Assembly: GCA_030770535.1 (NCBI GenBank)
Contig: JASVEC010000012.1
Coordinates: 558,001-622,000 of the forward strand
DNA from: Batkoa obscura
Taxonomy: Eukaryota
Reading direction: 5' to 3'
Length of the DNA stretch: 64,000 nucleotides
Positions 53,096 to 64,000 of this stretch are shown in pieces. The notes under the pieces are model-generated. The model ran no database searches. It was not told the DNA's origin and saw only the letters and a program-made list of their open reading frames with translations. The position numbers were made by a program, and so were the translations under genes. Positions within the stretch are counted from its first letter, which is position 1, and every line of letters begins with the position of its first letter.

Positions 53096-54466
53096 ATGAG
53101 GGTAAAAAATTATTAATTTTAGGAGGAGGTAATAGAATTGTAATTTATAACTAATAAGTAGATGAGTGATATTAATTTTATTAGCTGATAAAACGGTGAA
53201 AGTGATAGATTTATCGAGCTTTAAAACTATATTTGCTATTAAAAATTTTCCAGAGGAGGTTAACGCTAAATCATTGTTTTAATTATCTTTAATATTTATG
53301 ATTTTTCTATAGATCAGTTGTGTCTCTATAAATCCGACTAAAAAATATTCAAATCATTTATATATTGTTAGTTTAAATCATGTAATTTTTAAACTATAAC
53401 TTTATTATACATAAAAACTAACTATTTTAGATCTATGTGTTTGATTTAAATAACAAAAAATTGATCTTGGATTGTTTAAATAAAAAAGATGTTCTAAAAG
53501 ACATTATTATTTTAGAAGAAGATATAAATCAAGTAATATTTTGTTTGATTATTATTAGTAATATTAATAAGGTTTAGATAGCAATCAATTCTCAAGGAAA
53601 ATTATTAGCAGCTGTTAATGATGATGGTAAAGTGACGGTTATTGATATAGAATCAGAAAATATAGTATCGAAATTTGAAGATCAACATAAAAATGTAATT
53701 TTATTTATCTTTTTATTTTGGTTCTCACTTATTTTAATTTAGGTTGCTTTCACTGTATTATTTCATCCAACGAGAAATGAGAGTAAATTATTATTTCAAC
53801 TAATTAATGATAAATTAAAAGCTTCTTTATAGTCATCTCCGGTGGTATGGATTATTCTATTAAATTTTGGAAATTAAAAGATAAATTACCTTACTATGAA
53901 CTACAACCAAGTAATAACTTCACAATTCGAACTCTCGTAAGCTAATAATTTTGTAGAAAACATAAACTCAAGTGAACACAGTAACCAACTTATTAACCCA
54001 CCATTTGTATTATGTTCCAGTTATCATATTAGTTTAGATATCCTCGCTTTTGGACTTGGAAATGGAAGTCTTTATTTAATGAAATACAAAAAATCTGAAA
54101 ATAATTGGCACAGTTATCAATTACCTTATACCCATAATTATTCCATTTCTTATATGTAAGTTGTAGTACTTTGTTTAAAATTTATAAATTTAAACTTATT
54201 TTTTTAGTAAATTAATACGATACAATAATATCGATTATTTACTGTCTGCTGGTAATGATGGTATACTATGTGTATTCAAACTGGATTTGAAAAACTTATG
54301 TTTGTTGGAGGTAATTAAGAGATACGATATTCTTCCATATAGTAAAATTAATCATGTTGAAATTTTAAAATTTGAACAAAATTGTATTCAAGTAGCAGTC
54401 GCTGGTGTAATTAAAAATGTTATTGATTCAGGAATTGGGATCTTTAATTTAGATGTTTGTTTATAA
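53096..54466 (+). CDS. WD40-repeat protein, WDR53-like, many short exons; start uncertain; absent from the ORF track
   Basis: Exons read EEDINQ|IAINSQGKLLAAVNDDGKVTVID, HKN|VAFTVLFHP, ISGGMDYSIKFW, NQLINPPFV, SAGNDG. Confidence 0.75.
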
Positions 54467-54665
54467 TATAGAGAGTATAGAAGTAATAAAATGATAAATA
54501 AATAATGATATAATTATCTTTTTATTTTTGTTAGTTTAAGTTGAATTTCTTATTAAAAAGTATTCGAGAATCAAGTTTAACCAATTAACTTTTGATAAAA
54601 ACATTAAAAACCATAAATTCTGAAATTTTAGAATTTTATTTTTTAGAATAAATAAGAGTATAAAA

Positions 54666-55822
<1,157 letters not shown>

Positions 55823-56149
55823 TTTTTTTATCAATCCATTTTTTATATACGTTTATTATAGTCTTGGAGTAAAATTATAGAATTAAAACTTGTTTAATAA
55901 TACTATTAATCTTATCATTTGTTTTATCAAGTTTAAAAAAATGGCCTATTGATTTGTACATATTGTTTTTTTATAAAAAATAAATACTCATCATACTTAT
56001 TAAATATCACTTATAACAAGTAATTCTAAATATCGTTCAAACTCATATTTATAGTTTATATAATTTAAGCGTAATTTAAAATTTCCTATAAAAAGTAAAT
56101 TAGAAAGATTAAAAAAATCAATTTTTTATATTTTTTTTCAATTATAAAA

Positions 56150-57359
56150 ATGAGACTTAAAGGAAATATAATAAATGGAACATTAATACATGGTAGTTCA
56201 ATATATATATCTACAAAGTATTGTTAATTGATTTCATTAGAGATTGCTTCCAACTTTGAAAAATTTGAAAAGAATATACTATTAATGTTCTTTAAAGAAG
56301 AGTTAATCATCCACTTGACTTCAATTCAACAGCCTGGTATACATATAAGGAGGTAAAGGCATATTTAATCAAATGAATCAGTAACTGAATTTTTTAGTGT
56401 TCTACCAACGGTAACAAGTCAATTAAATTACTTAACCAATATAACACCTTTTACTAGAGCAAAATCTTTGGCAACTATCGAATTGACAGCCAGAATAACA
56501 ATACCATTTTTATAGAAATCGAATCCAATTTACTCTCCAGAACAATCAAATCGAATACCAGTTCAGATACTATCTTTCGATTATATAAACATGGAGAAAA
56601 TTCCTATTTAAGGGTTACTAAAGGAGAAAGAGTAAAACAATATGTAGTATTTTTGCATTTTTTACTAATAAAAAATATAGGAGCATGTTAAAGGTCAAAT
56701 AGCTTTAACTTTGGATTTACCTATTAGAATACTAACTAAATCTCAAATGGAATTGATCAAAGAGCCAGGGATACCAGAGTCAACAGTATGTAATTTATTG
56801 ATAAGGATTTTTTAAATTGATTAATATTTCAAGATTGAATTTCAATTGCCTAAAGTAGGTTTAGTACGTCATGAATTAAGTCGAATGAAATACCAAAATC
56901 ACAAAGTAAAGGTGGGAGCAAACTTGGCAGGGGAAGTACGATTTTCATTGAGAACTGAAAGTGCGGAAGTCAACGTCACATTTGCTAATAATATTATACC
57001 AACTTTTCGTAATTTATAAAATCTTTTATTTTACAATTTAATTAATCATTTCAATATAGAAAATTTACCCGCACCCGATATTGATTTTGATGCTTCATTT
57101 CAAGAATTAAATATTTTTAATATAATCCAAGTACCCCTAGAAATGAAGCAATTAAATAGAATTTTTAATACCACTTTTGAAGGCATGAAAAAGGCTACTT
57201 GTAGTAAGTATTTGATAAACTTTTCAATTTTTTGTTTGAATTAATGACGTTTTAGGTATTGTTGAAAACCATGCATTTAAAGTTTATTTTAAATTAACTT
57301 CACCTCTTGGTGAAGAGCTTGGTGAACTCACCTTTTATTTACCTGCTGTTTTGGATTAA
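56150..57359 (+). CDS. HUS1: 9-1-1 checkpoint clamp subunit Hus1, many short exons; absent from the ORF track
   Basis: MRLKGNI..., IFGNYRIDSQNNNTIFIEI, DLPIRIL...IKEP, LSRMK...VKVGANLAGEVRFSLRTE. Ends LTFYLPAVLD*. Matches the Hus1 pattern as recalled. Confidence 0.8.
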
Positions 57360-57570
57360 GTTTAGCTGGTATTTAATGTATGATTATGGAATATAAAGAA
57401 AAGAAAAGAAAAGAATTAGTTAAATAGCAAAGTAAAAGCAACAACGAAGACAATATCATACCACAAATAAAATAATATGTACAAAAATAAACCATTTATT
57501 ATTTATAAAAACTTTAGTTTTTTTTGTCAGTATTAAGTATTATTATTAAGTAAAATCAATAAGTAAAAAA

Positions 57571-60500
57571 TTATTTTGGATCATTAGAATTAGATAAATT
57601 ATCTATTTCCGATTTCCTAAGTACTGAATCAATATTAGGATTCTCTGCATTTGGATTTAAAAACATTTCCTCTAATGAGCGAGGCATTTCAGCTGGTGGA
57701 GGAAGATGCTGAGAATTGACTGTTTGATGAGAAAGGGTTGAAATAACTGTTAGTTGAGGATTAACTAAATGATCATATTTAGGTGTCGAAGTACCAGAAT
57801 TATTTGTAGCAAGCTGAGGTTGTTTTATTGAACGTGCAGGGGTTGATATACCTGATGGGGTAATATTTGGTACTTCAGGAACTCTAGAATCTCTTTGACC
57901 TGCTTTTTGTATAGCTAAATTCAATAGATTCTGTACTGCTACTTCTCCATTTTGTAAAATTAATGAATAAAGATGACCATTTGGATTGTTCAAGAGTCTT
58001 TCCGGGGCATCATATTCGACCACTTTACCTTTGTCCATAACTAATACTTTGTCGGCTTCAATAATTGAATTTAATCGATGGCCAACAAACATTACTGTAT
58101 GATTAGCAAAGTTTTTATTGATAACATCCCGGATAAATCCTTCTGTATGAAGATCCACTGCTGAAGTAGCTTCGTCTAAAATAAGTATCTTACAATTCAA
58201 TAAAATAGCACGAGCTACACAAAACAATTGACGTTGTGCAAAAGTAAATACAGTACCATTTTCAACAATTGGAGCATCCAATTGTAACTTCATAGAACGC
58301 ACTTTTTCAGCCAAATGAACCGACTCCAAAGCATGCCATATATTATGATCCGTGTGTAAGTTATTGGGATCTAAATTAGACCTTATTGTACCATAAAATA
58401 AAACAGGTTCTTGTGGTATAACAGCTATCTTTGACCTTAATTCAAATAATTCAAGATGTGATATATCTACTGAATCTATTTCAATAGCACCATCTGCTAC
58501 TTCAACTAATCTCAACAAACTAGTCAGTAATGTTGTTTTTCCAGACCCTGTACTTCCGACAATGCCAACTTTACTTCTTCCTTGAATAACAAACGATACA
58601 TTTTTAAGTACTGAAATCTCATATCGATGATACCTCAACGATACATCCTTAAATTCAATTGTTCCATTTTCTGGCCAATTTTCAGGTGGTTTAATATCGT
58701 CTGGACTAGTTGATCCTTCTGGGATAATTGAACTACGATAATGAACCAATTGATCCACGCTCCATATTGAAGAATGAAAATCTAATATAGATTGTGCTGT
58801 CATATGACCAAAGAGTAAAAGTTGTAATGCATTGGTCAATGCTAATCCTGTATCCCCTTTAGTAAGTGTATAACTATCTTCCAATGCTAATAAAAGTAAA
58901 GCAGCAAAATAAATGAAAAGAGAAGATAACAAATCAATATATAAAGAAGTCCAGCATTTCACTAAAGTTAATGCAAGTAAGGCCTTATTAGATTGATCTA
59001 TTTTAACCATATTGAAAGCATCAAACCTTGATTGTACTTTATAAATACGGATGGAATGAAGCCCTTCTAAAGTTGCTGAAAGATGTGAAAACATAGGAGG
59101 TCTTGAAGAAGCTTCATATAATTGTAATTTATCCTCTACTCCTTTCCCATACCACATAATAAATATGGCTGCACATATCAATAAAATCCCTGGAATAAAT
59201 AAAAAGGGAACTACGATACAAGCTATCAAAAAGGTTCCTAAAACTAATGGGAAAAATTGAAGGGCTTGAAATGAACTATCCCACATGACTTCATCTGCTA
59301 TATGTAAATGTCTAGCAAAAGAGTGCAATATACGTGACAGTGGAGTGAATTCAAAATAAGACATTGGTGCAGAAATAATGGGTAAAAGCATATTTTTATG
59401 AAAAGAATTACTTTTGGATACACTTACGGATATCAAAGCAATACCACGGATAAATACACCAACGATAAAAGCTACTGCAATGTATGAATAGACATCTAAA
59501 TCGTGTCCAAGTTCACTAAATGGCTTATTTGAATCTATTGTAACCGTTAACCAATAATCATTATATATTCTTATAGCATGCACGAAAAGAGAAAATATAA
59601 CTGTTATTAAAGTTAAAGTTAGCCCATAACCTTCTTTGAAATATTTTAAATAAAGTCTCCTTCTTAATTTTCTCCTTGCTTTAACTCTTTCTTCTTCATC
59701 TAAATAATCATCTTCATCTGGATTATCTTGATAATGTAAAGAATGGATAGTAAGTTGGTTTCTTTCCATGGCTCTTGCTAAAGCATTATTCTCTGTTTGT
59801 ACTGTTGATGTATTGATAGCTAAACCAGCACCTCCAATTACTGACATTTGTGTTTTATCGATGATTTTGCTAACAATTTCATTATGTCCACTCATATCTG
59901 CACGCTCCAACATGCGAGATACTGTAATTTCATTAAGTTCAGCTTGTGTAGCAAGTGGATTACCTTTTTCAATTGTATTAGTACGTGAAAAACTAACTGA
60001 AGGCATAAATGTTTTTTCATTTGCCTCCTTTATTTCATTATCATTTTCTTCAACTTGATCCTCTTTTTTTGGATCTTCGGCTTTTGGCATAAAATTGTGA
60101 TTGACTGCTCTTCCACTATTCTCCACTATTTTAATTAAAGGCTTGTTAGTATAACCATTACCATTATCATTGCTTGAACTTAATACTTCCGATGGACTTC
60201 TTTGATTTTCATTATTAGGTAAATCTGAAAGTAAAAAATCATCCCCAAGTACATCATCAATACCATTTGGATCTTCAATTTCAATACTTTCTCCAACCAA
60301 AGCTGCAAAATCGATATCTGATGCCATAAGCTCTTCATATTTACCTTGTTCAGTACATTTACCAGATCTCATTACAAAGATATGATGACAATAGGGCAAA
60401 AAGTGAAGTTGATTTGTTACAAAAATAACCGCTTTATCTTTCAACAATCCTTGTATACATTCCTTGAAAATATGTTTAGCAACTCTAGGGTCCATAGGAC

Positions 60501-62471
60501 TGAGTGGATCATCCATTAATATAATATCCGAATCATTATAAACGGCTCTTGCCATACTAACTCTATGTCTTTGTCCTAATGTAAGATTATATCCTCTTTC
60601 TCCAATTTCTGTTCTATCGCCATTAGTTAAAGCTTTGAAATCTCGATTTAAAGCACAAGCTTTGACAATTCTACGATATTTATCTGAGTCGAATTTGGAA
60701 CCAAAAACTACATTATCTCTTAAACCTGCACTTAAAATCCATGGCTCAGATGGACAATATCCCATACGTACATCCGGTTTTAAATATACATCACCTCCTT
60801 TTAATACCATTTGGCCCTAAAATCATATATTAGTCTATCATGCTTATACTTGATTTTATAAATTACCATAAGTGCACTTAGGATTGATGATTCTAGTAAA
60901 AAGGATTAAATACAAGCATTCATAATAATAAATTTAAATTTACTTCCAGCTCCTACATCACCAATAACGGCAAAAATCTGACCTTTATGAATTTTCAAAG
61001 ATAAATCTGATAAAACTGGTTTGGCATCGACAGACCATGAAAAAGAGGCACTATCCTAAGTAATGTAAATAAAGTGAAATTTATAAATGAATAATACAAA
61101 CCAATTCTAATAATGGACTACTATCGTCTTCAGTATTTTCTTCTCTCACTGTAAAAGTGGATGTTAATGGTTGTACTTCAGGCCGACTTAAATATTTTTC
61201 CAAGTTTTTGAAGGAAGACAAAGAAGCTAAATTCATTATTAAGCCATATTCCTTAAATTTCAACTATTGATTACCTCTTGTTGTTTGTATTGAAATAGGC
61301 AGTAAGTATAGTGGATATCTATAGAAAGTCAATTTTTTTTCTAAAAAAACAAGTTAACTTACCTTAAAGTATTAAAAATAGAAACCAAAGCAAAGACCAT
61401 TTCAGCTTGAATAAAATTATCTGGGTAAAGCATACGATAAACTTGTAATGAAGCTAAAGTAGCTAACACAGGTGCACCAAACATAACGACCATTAGACTA
61501 GAACGAATAAAAAACTCCGTACGTAACTGACTGATCTCTTGTTTGCGTACACTAGAAATACGCTCTTTAAAGTGAGCTTCCCAAGCATAAAATTTGACTA
61601 ATTTAATAGCAGTTAAAACTTCAGACATCAGATGTACTCTTTCTGAAGTAGTTTTTGATCTTTTTTGTGATAATTTAGCAGCATATTGACCCAACATATA
61701 TTGAACTGGGAATATAATAACCAAAATACCAAGTACTGGTAAAGCAGCTAAACCTAATTCTACAAATGACAATGCTATTATAATAATAATTTCTACTACT
61801 GATGACCAAAGGGAATGATAATTAACAAACGCTTCTGCAATACTATTACAATCGTCCCCTACTAACTCAACAATGTCACTGATTTGACCAGAAACTGAAT
61901 GGATCCTCAAAGACTTTCGATAAACTAATACCATGATACTTGATCGAACTTGTATCCCTACTCTTGTACATTCTGACTTTAAATGATGGATACAAATACT
62001 AGCTAAACTACAGGATATAAAAAGTGAGAGTGCTACTGCATGACCAGCACCATAACTAATGTATGGAAAAAAAGCAAAATAATCTTTGGAATTTCCTTCC
62101 GTATTTGGGTCGTTAGCTAACTTGTTAAACTGAACACGTATGATTAAAAATTTAAGTAAAACATAACATCCTAGGTAAGTTAATATTATCCAAAATATTT
62201 TCCAAATACCTAAAAATAAATATTCTTTTGCAAAAACGTTGTAAAATACTTTTTTTAATGAAGGCACTTTATCCTTTTTTTCAAATTGTTCACGCCACGC
62301 TTTATCAAGCCTTTGTCCATTATATTTCGAGGTGTCTTGTACTTTTAACTTGATTAGGTCTAGATTTGGGTCATTACGTTGACGGTATACTTTTAATAAT
62401 TGAAACACATCGATGAATAATAGTCTTTTGAAACGTACAAATAAACTTTCGGTCGGTTCTTTAGAGCTCAT
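57571..62471 (-). CDS. ABCC/MRP-type full ABC transporter (TMD1-NBD1-TMD2-NBD2, no TMD0), multi-exon
   Basis: IKLVKFYAWE, Walker A GDVGAGK|SS (split by an intron) and GSTGSGKT, TEIGERG, IPQEPVLF.GTIRSNLDP, ILDEATSAVD, HRL. Confidence 0.93.
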
Positions 62472-64000
62472 TCTAACTGATGGTTAGTCCTTTTTTGATT
62501 TTTTTGGTTAGATGGCCTAAAACTAAATGGAACTTTATTAATGATTACTTTTTAAAATGAGTTGTTTTGGGTATAGTTAATCGTTGGTTGACTTTTCTTT
62601 TGTATTTCTGTATCCTTTCGTGTTAATTCGCTCTACTATATTGTATTGGCTTTCAATGTATCTTATATACGATCAAAATACTAATAATTGAACACTCTTA
62701 TTCAACTTCTTTATTTTTTATTGTAATTGATATACCCCTGAAATAATAGTATCCTTTATTCCTACCTTACAAAATGAGATTAAATTAAGTAAATATTAAC
62801 TAAAGTAAATTATAAAGTAAGTTTCAAAATTAATTTAGTTTTTTATTTATTTTGATTTATTATTGGTTAATTAGCTCTTGATCAACCAAATAAGTAGAAT
62901 TTACTCTTTTTTAAGTTTTGCTTGTTTGGGTTATGGAAATAATGAAATAAAGGTTTTATTTTTTTAGCTAGGTTTTTTTAATAACAAAATAGGAGGTTGA
63001 AATCGATAATATTTTTATATTTTTTTATATAATATGATAATAACAATACAATATCAATTGCAATTCTTTATGCCATAAATGGCTAATTATTATTTTAATA
63101 CGTTAAAATGCTAATAATAGTAAACATAGCAGCCATCATCATCTATACCGTCTACACCATGTTTATAATTTACAAAACCTTAACATGACCAAATAATAGC
63201 CAAAGCATTACTTGTTTAGTCTTATTTTTTATGAAAAAAATTCTATCAAATATTACTAAGAACTAGTTGCATTTATACATCTTTTGCTCTTTTTAATTTG
63301 TATTTAATTTCTTTTGAATAAATTCAAGAGCTATGACCTAAAATAAACCCTTGAGTTCATTCAAAAGATATCAAATACAAGTTAAAACCAAGTCAACTAA
63401 ATGCAAATAATTGTAATTCATCATTTAACCATCATTCAAATGATAACAAACAGTATCTTGTCTCTATTATAATTATTGTGGCATTCTATTGAGTTTTTAA
63501 TCTGTTATTCTAAATTTGGTGAAATTGAACGATATTTTGTTAATGATACGATTTTTTATAGAGGTTTGAAAGAAAATGAAGAAATTTAAAAGAACTACAG
63601 ACGTTCAAGTAATTACTTTAAGAAAAATTAATAAAGAAAAAAGGTTGTATTTTAAATAGTGGGGATAGCGCTTTTTTAGATATAAATATATTAAATATGT
63701 CAAGTATGGTAGTAATGTTTGTTTTGATAATAATAGGTTGTATAAAATTATAAACAAAAAGTTGATCTATTAGTTATAAAACTAAGTTTTTAAATCATTA
63801 TAGCTTCAATACATAACAGATACTTTGTTTATTTATTAAATATCTTTATAACATTTGATTTATAGTTTCGTTCTGTCATATTTATTGTAATTAATTTCAG
63901 TGTTAATAATTTTCTATCGTGTCTTAAATTAAAAGCAATAACAACTAAATAGCAAATATCTCATTTTATATTATATTTTGAAACCAGAAATAAAAGTCAA

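Noticed and set aside
63100..63300. Possible retrotransposon RNase H relic (minus strand, ALAIIWSC*GFVNY)
   Set aside because: A single short motif with no flanking RT or integrase similarity recognisable.

Overview
Very AT-rich eukaryotic DNA with short GT-AG introns. It is a fungal nuclear genome: it carries a Zn2Cys6 factor, and the OCRL/INPP5B and WDR53 homologues plus the intron style suggest an early-diverging lineage, possibly Entomophthoromycotina/Conidiobolus-like (inference only). About 24 protein-coding genes or pseudogenes are visible: PUF protein, Zn2Cys6 TF, two bZIPs, claudin-like protein, C2H2 protein, DUF4436-like protein, OCRL/INPP5B, BBE-like oxidase, Prp21, PhoD-like phosphatase, Emp65/TAPT1, Tah18, L2HGDH, two EndoG copies, AP-2 sigma, WDR53, Dim1, Hus1 and an ABCC transporter. 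There is also one tRNA-Leu(UAG). The main structure is a ~4.7-kb inverted duplication (5889-10561 / 18200-22881) around a 7.6-kb four-gene core. Its inner 1.7 kb looks identical between arms and its outer parts are a mosaic of diverged and homogenised tracts, so it is a candidate flip-flop or gene-conversion palindrome. Its two bZIP paralogues differ at the AP-1 redox Cys/Ser position. Other notable items: a DUF4436-like protein with Pro-loop (pLGIC-like) motifs, an ABCC with both signature motifs degenerate, a tandem EndoG pair with conversion tracts, and a ~100-bp MITE family including a nested MITE/solo-LTR composite. Exon boundaries, identities and family calls were made by eye with no database searches.
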